Source: Thermoplasmatota archaeon (GTDB lineage: Archaea; Thermoplasmatota; Thermoplasmata; Thermoplasmatales; Thermoplasmataceae). Taken from it: 64,000 nt of DNA. The number at the start of each line of letters is the position of its first letter. Positions within the stretch are counted from its first letter, which is position 1. The notes beneath the pieces are model-generated. The model was not told the DNA's origin, ran no database searches, and worked only from the letters and a program-made list of their open reading frames with translations. Positions 27,309 through 36,675 of the stretch are shown here, one piece after another. The stretch lies in the NCBI GenBank assembly GCA_023487205.1, contig JAMDBT010000047.1, positions 16,879 through 80,878 of the forward strand, read 5' to 3'. A program made the translations under genes and the position numbers.

Positions 27309-30300
27309 CTACTTACAGTGTGCCTTCTGAAACTTCTGGAGCATAAGCTGTACGGGCTGAATATTTTCCTTTTGTGAATGTATCGCGGCAGATTCGCAGA
27401 GCTGCTTCATAGTGACGTTCTTTGATTTGGCTGCTTTCACCAGCGTTGCTAATCCATCGTCGGAGGTCCGGCGCATGGCGAGTATCTCCGCGTAATTGAC
27501 CCATACTTCAGGCATATTGGGAGCTAGTTCAGAAAGGGTCTCGTAGGTTGAAAGTGCCTCGTCCAGCCTTCCGACTTCCTTGAGGAGCTGAACTTTTGCG
27601 TTGTAATACTCTAACTTTGTCTTGTCAAGACTGATTGCTAGATCATATTCCGCAAAGGCGGAATCTATATCTTCCATTTCCTTCAGCGCTTCGGCCTTCT
27701 GGAAGTGAAAATCAGCCTTGTTTTCCAGAGAGATTGCCTCGTCATATTGCTTGATTGCCTCGTCGTACTTCTTCAGTTTAAAGAGAGCAGTCCCTTTCAG
27801 GGAATGTGCTTCCGCCGATTTTGGATTGAGTTCTATCACACGGTCATAGGAGTCAACGCTTTCCTTTACCCTTCTGGTCCTGATCTTCAATTGACCTAGC
27901 GCCATATGAAATTCCGGGGCTTCAGGCTGAAGTTCCACCGCTGTATTGAACTCCTTAAGGGCTTCGTCAAACCGTCCCTTGTCCTGGAGCATTTCGCCGT
28001 ATGCAAAACGGTACTGTGCTTTATTTGGCTGCATCTTTGCGGCCTGCTCATATTCCTTAAGCGCATCGTCAACTCTTCCGGCAGAGGCGAATATCTCCGC
28101 CAGGGCAAAGTGGCTCTCAGCCGACGCAGAACCAGATGATCCAGCAATAGAATTAAGTGCCTCAACCGCAGCATCGATATCCCCCGAGGCAGCCAGGGCC
28201 TTCGCCTTCTTCATTACAAGGTCCCCACTGTCCTTGGAGAGTTCGATTGCAGCATCAAGCTCCGCAATGGACTCCTTTGCCCTTCCGTTATCTGCCAGAA
28301 AGTCAGCCTTTTCTGCGTGGAACTCAGGATTTCCCGGGTTAAGTGCAATGGCGCGATCAAATTCCTCTTCCGCATTATCTGGACGCCCCATCTTGAGGTA
28401 AATCCTTCCCAGGGTGGCTGAAGGCTTTCCGTCACTCGGGTTCAGTGTGATTGCTTTCTGTACCTCCTTTATGGCATCTTCATAGTTCCCCAACTTGCTG
28501 AGCGCGCTTCCCTTGGCCAGGTAATACTCATAGTTCTCATCGTCCCCGCTTATGGCCAGATCGTATTCCTTTAATGCACCATCCAGGTCCGAAGAGAGAT
28601 CCAGACTCTGTGCAAGGTCGAAATGATACGCAGTATTTGCAGGGTCCATGGATACCGCCTCTCCAAACTCTCTGGAAGCCTCCCTATATCGCCCAAGCTG
28701 AACCAGGGCTCTTCCGAGGAAATATCGTACTGGCGCTTCCCTTGGCTTCTTGGTCGCTGCCTCCTCGAGCACTTGGAGCGCATTTCTGGTGTCCTCGTTC
28801 CAGAGAAGCATGCGTCCGTACTCCAGCACGTACAGCCAGTTATCCGGTTCGAGGTCAAAAGCAGTTTTCACCGCAGACAGCGCGTCCTTCTTCTTTCCCT
28901 TGCGTTCCAGAACCTGGGCTTTGTGCAGGTACAGATCAGACTGGGTTGGAGAAATGATTATGGCGTCTTCAAAGAGCTTCTGCGCCTGGTCAAATCTCCC
29001 CTCTGAAGTGTAAGCTATGCCAAGCTTGTCGAGATACGCAACGTTCTGCCCCATAAGGCTGACCGCAGATTCCAGGTATTTTATTGATTGCTCCAGCTTG
29101 CCGGAATCAAACAGCAGCCCCCCAAGGGTGGAGACGTACTCCGGATTCATGGGATCCATCGACGATGCTTTCTTCAGGTCGGAAATACCCTCGTCAAACC
29201 GCCCCATCTCGATCAGAAGCTTGCCTTTATTGAACCATATCGATGGTTCTTCGTGGCCAGCCGATATAATCTGCTCGAAAGCAGTCAGTGCTTCTGCCCC
29301 CTTCCCCGCTTTTACCAGTATCCGCGCCTTCTTGGATTTCAGGGCGAGGTTTTCCTGATCCATCTTGATCGCCTTATCAATGTCCTTTAGCGATCCGCTT
29401 ATCTCACCCAGTTCGGCCTTGCAGACTGCTCTTTGCGCAAGCAGAATGGGATCACCTGGCGACTCATCCAGAACCTTTTCAATATTCTTCAGAGCCTCAG
29501 CGAAGTGTCCCGTTTCTGTCTGGACAAATCCCAGATCCTTCGTAATAGTGAGATTCCTTGGTGACAATTTTGCCGCTACGGTAAGATCCACTTCTGCTTC
29601 CGGGAGACGCTTCATTTCGATGAGAAGTTTTGCCCGCTTCTCCCGGTACTCGGGGTTATTCTGATCAAGCTTTATGAGATAGTCGTACCTTTCGACGGCC
29701 TTGGCCTTCACTCCATAAAGTTCAGAAACATATTTCCTGTTTTCAGGAGCAAGGGAGACAGCAATCTCATATTCCCTGAGGCTCTCGTCTGCCTTCTTCT
29801 GCTCAAGCATGAGCTTTCCGCGTCCATAGTGAAACTCTGCGTTGTCCTTGTCCAGTTCAATTGACGCGTCGATCTCTGCCATGGCATCGTCCAGCTTCCC
29901 CTGCTGCTGCAGCATCCCTGCAAGCTTGTAGTGGTAACTCGGGTCTCCCGGTCTCAGGTTTATCGCTTCCCTGCACTCCCTTATGGCATCGTCTGTCCTG
30001 CCCTGCTTGGAGAGTGCCTCAGCCTTCCTGAACCTGAACTCAGGATTCTTTGGTGACAGCCTTATTGCCTCGTTGGCCTCCTTGAGTGCCTCCTCATGCC
30101 TGCCTATCTCAGACATGGCCATGGCCTTCCTGCTATGGAACTCGGCCATGTTGGGGTTTATGCGTATTGCCTCCTCATACTCCTTCAGGGCAGGATCCGT
30201 CTTTCCTTCCCTGAGGTACAGTATGCCCTTCTCCACGTGGTACTGCGGCTCGTTGGGGTTGAGGGATATGGCCCTGTCGAACTCCTTCACTGCATCATTG

Positions 30301-33300
30301 TGCCTGCCCATCTCAACGTAAAGCCTTCCCAGGTTGCTGTAGTACAGGGATTCCTTAGGGGCGATCGAAATTGCGGTTTCGAACTCTTTCAAGGCTTCAT
30401 CGTACCTGTGCATCTCCATGAAAGCGTTCCCCTTTCCAACGCGGTAATCCGCAACCTTCGGGTCCAGTTCCACCGATCTCTCGAACTCCCTGAGGGACTC
30501 ATCGGTTCTCGAGGTTTTCAGGAGCGTCTCTCCCATCCTCGCATGGTACTCCGGGTTATCCGGATCAAACCTCACGGCCTCTCCGAACTCCTTGGAGGAC
30601 TCCCTGTTAATTCCCATCCTGGAGAGCACAATTCCACGGTAGTAGTGCACCAGGGGGTCATTGTAATTCAGCTTAACTGCAGAATTGCACTCCTCAAGCG
30701 CATCGTCAAGCATCCCAAGCCTGTTCAGCACCTCAGCCTTGTCCCTGTGGTATTCCCACCTGTCGGGATCAAGCTTCACAGCTTCGTTGAGTGCCTTGAG
30801 GGCTTCATTCTCCTCCTTAGTGGCAAGCATTATCCTGGATCTGAGATAGTAAGCGCTGGCGTCCTTCGGGTTCATCCTCAGGGACTCATTTACCTCCTTG
30901 AGTGCTGCGTTCTGCTTGCCAACGCTCAGGAGAAATCCCGCGAGGGCAACCTTAAGTTTCGTGTCCTTTGGCCTGGCCTTCACTGCCTGCGTCAACTCTT
31001 CAACGGCGTCGTCGACTCTGCCAAGCTGGGAAAGAAGGTTGGCCTTTCCGGCCCTGTATTCTGCATCGCCTGCGCTATAATCGATTGCTGACTGGTACTC
31101 CTGCAGCGCAAGTTCCTTTTCGCCAATTTTTTCAAGCAGCCTAGCTTTCTCGCTGTGCGGCAACGGGTCTGTCCTGATTATATCGATCGCCCGATCAAGC
31201 TCGGCAATGGCTTCCTTCACCCTCTCCTGGCTTGCAAGTATCCGAGACTTGCTGAGATACGCGGATGAGTCCTTGGTTCCAAGCTGTATGGCCTTTTCAT
31301 AGTCCTCAATGGCAAGGTCCTCCTTCCCCATGGTCTTCTTTATGGCGGCACTTCTGGAGTAATATGCCGGGTTGTTCGGGTCAAGGGACATCGCTTTCTC
31401 CAGGTATTCAAGAGCCTCCTTGTTTTCCCCTTTGGCCATCAAAATTCCGGATATCTCCCACGGGTACTTCGGATCCTTGCTGTCAAGGGCAACGGCTTTC
31501 TTGTATTCGGCCAGGGCCTCGTCGGTTTTACCCATCTGGGCGAGCACGTAGGCTATATCCGCATGGTGAGTCGGATCTTTAGGTTCTTTCTTGGCAGACC
31601 CTCTGTATTCCTTCAGGGCGTCGCCCAGCAATGCATCAATCTCTGTCCCACTCTCCCCGCCAACGATATCAATTACGTCGCTGTACTCCTTCAGGGCTTT
31701 ATTGGGGTCGCCTATCTTTAACAGCAACTCTCCCCTCTTGTACCTGTAGCTGCTCTCGGCAGGGTCAAGAGTGATGGCCTGGTTGAGTTCCGCAAGTGAG
31801 TTTTCAAAATCCTCTCTTTCCGCTAGGATTAAGGCCTTATGGTAATGGAAAAATGCGTTTCCAGGGTCCAATTTCATGACTTCGTCAAGGTCCCTGATCG
31901 CATCGTCATATCTCCCCATTTTAATCATGCACATGGCTTTGGACCCGTAGCTCTCCGAGTCCTTCGGATTCAGAGCGATTGCCTTTTCGTAGCTGGATAT
32001 GGCGCCAGAATAGTCGCCTTTCTGCATCAGGATTTTCCCGTTCATGGAGAAAACCTTGGGGTCGTCCTTGATGACTTGCATTGCTGCATCCACTTCCTTC
32101 TTCGCTTCATCCAGCCTGTCCAGCCTCAGGAGAATTGACGCTTTCAGGGCGTGAAGGTCGCCGGTTTCCTTTATTTCGAGGGCTTTGTTGCAAGTAGAAA
32201 GTGCGTCATCAATCTTTCCAGTATCCCTGTAGAGCAGCGCAAGATTGGCAAGGCTGTTCACGTTTTCAGGATCAATATTGATGGAATTCTGAAGATCTGA
32301 CGATGCCTGTTTCAGCCTGCCCGTCCGGAGGAATGCCATCCCTCTTCCGGAGAAATACGGGGCCATCTTTGGATTCGTGGAGATCGCGGCATTGTACTGT
32401 TCGATTGCATCTTCGTACTTTCCCGCCTCGTAGAGGGCGTCAGCATACTCCGCCCTGTAAGAGTCGTTGGCGGGGGACGCCTCAATTGCTGTCTTTAACT
32501 CGTGTACCGCCTTCTCGTAATTCCTCGTCTTTCTGTACAGCTTTCCGACCGCAAAGTGGTACTCCGGATCTGCCGGATCAATCTCCATGGCATTCCCATA
32601 TTCCCTCATTGCCTCGTCCAGCTTCCCCTGCTGCTGCAGCATCCCTGCAAGCTTGTAGTGGTAACTCGGGTCTCCCGGTCTCAGGTTTATCGCTTCCCTG
32701 CACTCCCTTATGGCATCGTCTGTCCTGCCCTGCTTGGAGAGTGCCTCAGCCTTCCTGAACCTGAACTCAGGATTCTTTGGTGACAGCCTTATTGCCTCGT
32801 TGGCCTCCTTGAGTGCCTCCTCATGCCTGCCTATCTCAGACATGGCCATGGCCTTCCTGCTATGGAACTCGGCCATGTTGGGGTTTATGCGTATTGCCTC
32901 CTCATACTCCTTCAGGGCAGGATCCGTCTTTCCTTCCCTGAGGTACAGTATGCCCTTCTCCACGTGGTACTGCGGCTCGTTGGGGTTGAGGGATATGGCC
33001 CTGTCGAACTCCTTCACTGCATCATTGTGCCTGCCCATCTCAACGTAAAGCCTTCCCAGGTTGCTGTAGTACAGGGATTCCTTAGGGGCGATCGAAATTG
33101 CGGTTTCGAACTCTTTCAAGGCTTCATCGTACCTGTGCATCTCCATGAAAGCGTTCCCCTTTCCAACGCGGTAATCCGCAACCTTCGGGTCCAGTTCCAC
33201 CGATCTCTCGAACTCCCTGAGGGACTCATCGGTTCTCGAGGTTTTCAGGAGCGTCTCTCCCATCCTCGCATGGTACTCCGGGTTATCCGGATCAAACCTC

Positions 33301-35597
33301 ACGGCCTCTCCGAACTCCTTGGAGGACTCCCTGTTAATTCCCATCCTGGAGAGCACAATTCCACGGTAGTAGTGCACCAGGGGGTCATTGTAATTCAGCT
33401 TAACTGCAGAATTGCACTCCTCAAGCGCATCGTCAAGCATCCCAAGCCTGTTCAGCACCTCAGCCTTGTCCCTGTGGTATTCCCACCTGTCGGGATCAAG
33501 CTTCACAGCTTCGTTGAGTGCCTTGAGGGCTTCTTCACGTTCCCTGAACTGAATAAGAATCTGAGACTTGTGGTAGAAGTACGAGGCGTTGGACGGTTCC
33601 ATCTTTATTGCCTCGTTGATGTCTTTCAGTGCCTCGTTGGTTTTTCCGATGTGCATGTTCGACAAGGCCCTGAGGCTCTTAACCTCGTGATCTCTTGGGT
33701 TCTTGACAATAATGAAATTAAAATCAGCAAGTGCCTCTTCGTACCTGTTGAGGTTGAAGTAGCAACTCGCTCTCTGCTTCCTGTACTCCGGATTTCCATT
33801 ATCCAGCTTAACGGCTTCAAGCATTTCAGGTAAAGCGTCCTGGTATCTCGAGAAGCGCATCAGCACCATTGCCTTATTATACCGGTACTCCGGCTCCTTG
33901 GGATTCTTCCTGATCGCGTCGTCATATTCCTTCAGGGCATCGTCGAACTTTCCGCTCTTGAGAAGTATGAGGCCCTTGTTGTACTGATAACGCGGATTTG
34001 TCCTGTCGAGAACTATCGCTTCTTCAATTTCCCTGAGGGCTTCCGTCGGCTTCTCCATGTCACTGAGCAGGAGAGCTTTGGTGCTGTGCACTTCTGGATT
34101 GTTCTTGTCCAGCACTATGCAGGTGTCAAGCTCGTCGATTGCTTCCTGAAACAGGTTCAGTTTCTGCTCGATTTCTGCTGTCCGGATATGATATGTAAGA
34201 TTGTTCGGGTCTCTCTTTACCGCTTCAGCAAGTTCCTTGAGAGCCTCCTGGTATTTTCCAATGTCCTGAAGCAGAGAGGAACGCTTGAAGTGAAACTCTG
34301 CAGTATCGGCACCGAGTTTCACGATCTTGTCGTACTCTTCTATTGCCTCATTGTGCATCTTGAGTTCGTCAAGAAGGACGGCGCGAAGTATGTGGTACTC
34401 GGGATTCCTGTCGTCGAGTTTTATCGCAGTGACAAGTTCGTTTATTGCCAGCTCCTTCTTGTTCAGCTTTACGAGGTTGACGGCCTTTCTGTAATAATAA
34501 TCCGGGATATTGGACTCAAACTTCAGTGCTACGTCTATACTCTTCAGGGCATCTGCGTACTTTTCCATGTCTCCCAGTATTGTCGCTTTCTCGAAGTGTG
34601 CGCCAGCCAGGTTAGCGTTAAGGCGAAGCGCCTCATCCACCTCCCTGAGTCCCTCGCCTAGCCTTCCCAACTTGTGTAATATAATCCCCCTGTCCAGATG
34701 GAACTGGAAGTCCGTCTGGTCAAGTTTCACTGCTTCATTGAGTTCCCAAAGGGATTCTTCAAGCCTATTGAGTTTCAACAACGCAAGGCCGAAGTCCCTG
34801 TGGAGTGCAGGGTCCAGGTGGTCAAGCACGATGGATTCCTTATATTCCCTAAGAGCTTCATCATCCCGTCCCAGTCCCATCAGCGCGTTCGCCTTGTTGT
34901 TGTGGTATGTAGGGTCTCTTGAGTTCAGACTGAGGGCATCGTTGTAGTAGGCCAGCGCCTTATCGAGGCTTCCGGATTCGTACATGATGTTCCCGTAATC
35001 GTTGTAATAGTCCGGATCACGGGGGTTTATCTTGATCGCTTCATTCAGTTCCTTGATGGCGTCTTCTCTTCTTCCCAGTTCATTTATGACCAGCGCTCGG
35101 TTGTAATGGTAGGAAGCTTCCCCCGGGGCCATCCTGAGCGCCACGTTAAAATCAGAGAGAGCCTCCTGAAGCTTGCTCAGGTTGTAATAGGCAAGTCCTC
35201 TGTTATAGTAATATGTAGCGTCATTTGGGTTCAGGGTTATTGCCTTGTTGAACTCGTCAATAGCCTGTTCAATCTTGCCGAGGTTGAAAAGAGTAACACC
35301 CCTGTTATTGTGAGATGAGGGGTTCTTTGGGTCCTTCTGGACATCTCTCGTGTACCGCTGAAGAGCGTCATCCTGGGATTCGCTAACATCGGAATCCTGG
35401 TCCATCTCCTCTTCATCAAATTCTGGTTCTGCCATCAGCGCACATCCATCAATTAACTTATTACCAATGGTACGAAATACATTAAGGTTGCTGGTTCTGT
35501 CAAGCTCCAGATTGGTGAACGAAGGCATGGTTTGCGCACAACCTACGAATTCCGAGTTAAGGTTATATAAGAACTTCCGCTCACGGACAAGAACCAT
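27309..35597 (-). CDS. giant tetratricopeptide-repeat protein (2762 aa as drawn, roughly 75-80 tandem TPR units)
   Basis: One uninterrupted ORF with a 34-aa periodicity throughout (..A...Y..AI.L.P....Y...G..L..LG...EA..). It has an acidic N-terminus (MAEPEFDEEEMDQDSDVSESQDD). No TM segment, signal peptide or enzymatic motif was seen. The true start is possibly ATG 35528 or 35435. Confidence 0.85.
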   Translation of the reverse strand: MVLVRERKFLYNLNSEFVGCAQTMPSFTNLELDRTSNLNVFRTIGNKLIDGCALMAEPEFDEEEMDQDSDVSESQDDALQRYTRDVQKDPKNPSSHNNRGVTLFNLGKIEQAIDEFNKAITLNPNDATYYYNRGLAYYNLSKLQEALSDFNVALRMAPGEASYHYNRALVINELGRREDAIKELNEAIKINPRDPDYYNDYGNIMYESGSLDKALAYYNDALSLNSRDPTYHNNKANALMGLGRDDEALREYKESIVLDHLDPALHRDFGLALLKLNRLEESLWELNEAVKLDQTDFQFHLDRGIILHKLGRLGEGLREVDEALRLNANLAGAHFEKATILGDMEKYADALKSIDVALKFESNIPDYYYRKAVNLVKLNKKELAINELVTAIKLDDRNPEYHILRAVLLDELKMHNEAIEEYDKIVKLGADTAEFHFKRSSLLQDIGKYQEALKELAEAVKRDPNNLTYHIRTAEIEQKLNLFQEAIDELDTCIVLDKNNPEVHSTKALLLSDMEKPTEALREIEEAIVLDRTNPRYQYNKGLILLKSGKFDDALKEYDDAIRKNPKEPEYRYNKAMVLMRFSRYQDALPEMLEAVKLDNGNPEYRKQRASCYFNLNRYEEALADFNFIIVKNPRDHEVKSLRALSNMHIGKTNEALKDINEAIKMEPSNASYFYHKSQILIQFREREEALKALNEAVKLDPDRWEYHRDKAEVLNRLGMLDDALEECNSAVKLNYNDPLVHYYRGIVLSRMGINRESSKEFGEAVRFDPDNPEYHARMGETLLKTSRTDESLREFERSVELDPKVADYRVGKGNAFMEMHRYDEALKEFETAISIAPKESLYYSNLGRLYVEMGRHNDAVKEFDRAISLNPNEPQYHVEKGILYLREGKTDPALKEYEEAIRINPNMAEFHSRKAMAMSEIGRHEEALKEANEAIRLSPKNPEFRFRKAEALSKQGRTDDAIRECREAINLRPGDPSYHYKLAGMLQQQGKLDEAMREYGNAMEIDPADPEYHFAVGKLYRKTRNYEKAVHELKTAIEASPANDSYRAEYADALYEAGKYEDAIEQYNAAISTNPKMAPYFSGRGMAFLRTGRLKQASSDLQNSINIDPENVNSLANLALLYRDTGKIDDALSTCNKALEIKETGDLHALKASILLRLDRLDEAKKEVDAAMQVIKDDPKVFSMNGKILMQKGDYSGAISSYEKAIALNPKDSESYGSKAMCMIKMGRYDDAIRDLDEVMKLDPGNAFFHYHKALILAEREDFENSLAELNQAITLDPAESSYRYKRGELLLKIGDPNKALKEYSDVIDIVGGESGTEIDALLGDALKEYRGSAKKEPKDPTHHADIAYVLAQMGKTDEALAEYKKAVALDSKDPKYPWEISGILMAKGENKEALEYLEKAMSLDPNNPAYYSRSAAIKKTMGKEDLAIEDYEKAIQLGTKDSSAYLSKSRILASQERVKEAIAELDRAIDIIRTDPLPHSEKARLLEKIGEKELALQEYQSAIDYSAGDAEYRAGKANLLSQLGRVDDAVEELTQAVKARPKDTKLKVALAGFLLSVGKQNAALKEVNESLRMNPKDASAYYLRSRIMLATKEENEALKALNEAVKLDPDRWEYHRDKAEVLNRLGMLDDALEECNSAVKLNYNDPLVHYYRGIVLSRMGINRESSKEFGEAVRFDPDNPEYHARMGETLLKTSRTDESLREFERSVELDPKVADYRVGKGNAFMEMHRYDEALKEFETAISIAPKESLYYSNLGRLYVEMGRHNDAVKEFDRAISLNPNEPQYHVEKGILYLREGKTDPALKEYEEAIRINPNMAEFHSRKAMAMSEIGRHEEALKEANEAIRLSPKNPEFRFRKAEALSKQGRTDDAIRECREAINLRPGDPSYHYKLAGMLQQQGKLDDAMAEIDASIELDKDNAEFHYGRGKLMLEQKKADESLREYEIAVSLAPENRKYVSELYGVKAKAVERYDYLIKLDQNNPEYREKRAKLLIEMKRLPEAEVDLTVAAKLSPRNLTITKDLGFVQTETGHFAEALKNIEKVLDESPGDPILLAQRAVCKAELGEISGSLKDIDKAIKMDQENLALKSKKARILVKAGKGAEALTAFEQIISAGHEEPSIWFNKGKLLIEMGRFDEGISDLKKASSMDPMNPEYVSTLGGLLFDSGKLEQSIKYLESAVSLMGQNVAYLDKLGIAYTSEGRFDQAQKLFEDAIIISPTQSDLYLHKAQVLERKGKKKDALSAVKTAFDLEPDNWLYVLEYGRMLLWNEDTRNALQVLEEAATKKPREAPVRYFLGRALVQLGRYREASREFGEAVSMDPANTAYHFDLAQSLDLSSDLDGALKEYDLAISGDDENYEYYLAKGSALSKLGNYEDAIKEVQKAITLNPSDGKPSATLGRIYLKMGRPDNAEEEFDRAIALNPGNPEFHAEKADFLADNGRAKESIAELDAAIELSKDSGDLVMKKAKALAASGDIDAAVEALNSIAGSSGSASAESHFALAEIFASAGRVDDALKEYEQAAKMQPNKAQYRFAYGEMLQDKGRFDEALKEFNTAVELQPEAPEFHMALGQLKIRTRRVKESVDSYDRVIELNPKSAEAHSLKGTALFKLKKYDEAIKQYDEAISLENKADFHFQKAEALKEMEDIDSAFAEYDLAISLDKTKLEYYNAKVQLLKEVGRLDEALSTYETLSELAPNMPEVWVNYAEILAMRRTSDDGLATLVKAAKSKNVTMKQLCESAAIHSQKENIQPVQLMLQKFQKAHCK
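29887..30806. repeat. copy A of a 920-bp perfect direct repeat inside the TPR gene
   Basis: Base-for-base identical, by eye, to 32614-33533. The offset is exactly 2727 bp (909 codons). Confidence 0.9.
32614..33533. repeat. copy B of a 920-bp perfect direct repeat inside the TPR gene
   Basis: Identical to 29887-30806. Shadow ORFs 29983-30321 and 32710-33048 translate identically, and the protein segment EALKALNEAVKLDPDRW...MLQQQGKLD occurs twice. Confidence 0.9.
35563..35576 (+). promoter_or_regulatory. putative TATA box/core promoter of the ribosomal-protein operon (possibly bidirectional)
   Basis: TTATATAAGAACTT lies ~110 nt upstream of the rpl3 ATG. It is the same 14-mer as at the tatA promoter. 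The TTATATAA core is palindromic and also sits ~35-43 nt upstream of the alternative TPR-gene start at 35528. Confidence 0.35.
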
Positions 35598-35683
35598 ACA
35601 TCAGGGGCAATGCACTCTGCAACCCCATGCTGCCGTTGGATTCTGACGGCGGAAAAGATGTAACGGTCTAATTCGGTGAAAGA

Positions 35684-36673
35684 ATGGCGACACCTCATCA
35701 CCCAAGACGTGGGTCTAAAGGATACTATCCAAGAGTTCGAGCGAAGCGGGAACACGGCTTCATCAGGTCATGGCCAGAGCTGGACGGAAAGGCAAAAATT
35801 CAGGCATTTGCCGGTTACAAGGTTGGCATGACTCATGTGGAGATGGTGGACTACAGAAAGAATAGTGTAACGGCTGGCCAGAGCGTTTTCAGTGCGGTGA
35901 CCATAGTGGAAGTACCTCCCCTGAAGGTGGCTGCAATCAGATTTTATTCTGAAGGGTCGGAGGGTTTGTACGTTTCCGCAGAAAAATGGGCTGAAAAGCT
36001 TGACGACTCCCTCCTGCTTCGAATACCTCGCACTGTTAACAGGAAGAAATCAGCACTGCCGGAAGACCTGTCAGACGTGCGCCTGGTGGTTCACACAGAG
36101 CCTGCCTTGGTAACCGGTATTCCCAAGAAAGTTCCGGAAATCTTTGAAGTGCGAATTGGAGGCGACAGCATGGAAAGCAGGGTGCAGTACGCGGAGTCAA
36201 AACTCGGCCAGGATCTCAGATTTACCGACTTTTCTGGGTCGGGAAAATTTGTGGACGTTATCGGCGTGACAAAGGGAAAGGGGTTTACCGGTCACGTTGA
36301 GAGATTTGGGGTAAAACTGCTCCCAAGGAAGAACAGAAAGCATAGAAGAATGATTGGTACCCTAGGGCCGTGGCATCCAAACTTCGTTAAGGAAACGGTA
36401 CCACAGGCCGGTCAAATGGGCTATCAGCAGCGGACCGCCCACAATATCAGGGTCATTAAGTATGGCACTGCAGAGGAGTCTTCGTCGGTGAACGTGAAAG
36501 GTGGGAACGTTGGATACGGGCTTGTGAGAAACGATTTCGTGCTCCTGCACGGGTCAATCCCGGGGCCAAGCCACAGGCTGGTGAAGATGAGAGACCCCGC
36601 CAGGCAGAAATCTCCTGACGTGAAGGACCTCAAGGTTTCATACATTTCAGTTGAATCAAAGCAAGGTGATTAA
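35684..36673 (+). CDS. rpl3: 50S ribosomal protein L3 (uL3)
   Basis: MATPHHPRRGSKGYYPRVRA.. and ..FAGYKVGMTHV.., first gene of the cluster. Confidence 0.95.
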   Translation: MATPHHPRRGSKGYYPRVRAKREHGFIRSWPELDGKAKIQAFAGYKVGMTHVEMVDYRKNSVTAGQSVFSAVTIVEVPPLKVAAIRFYSEGSEGLYVSAEKWAEKLDDSLLLRIPRTVNRKKSALPEDLSDVRLVVHTEPALVTGIPKKVPEIFEVRIGGDSMESRVQYAESKLGQDLRFTDFSGSGKFVDVIGVTKGKGFTGHVERFGVKLLPRKNRKHRRMIGTLGPWHPNFVKETVPQAGQMGYQQRTAHNIRVIKYGTAEESSSVNVKGGNVGYGLVRNDFVLLHGSIPGPSHRLVKMRDPARQKSPDVKDLKVSYISVESKQGD

Positions 36674-36675
36674 GA

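Noticed and set aside
30096-31091. 331-aa plus-strand ORF antisense to the TPR gene. Its twin is at 32823-33833 (336 aa), and many other 60-190-aa ORFs lie on the plus strand between 27.7 and 35.3 kb.
   Set aside because: These are shadow ORFs created by the repetitive, stop-poor antisense of TPR codons. Their products are Leu/Pro/Arg/Ser-rich and low-complexity. The two long ORFs are identical only because they fall inside the 920-bp duplication.
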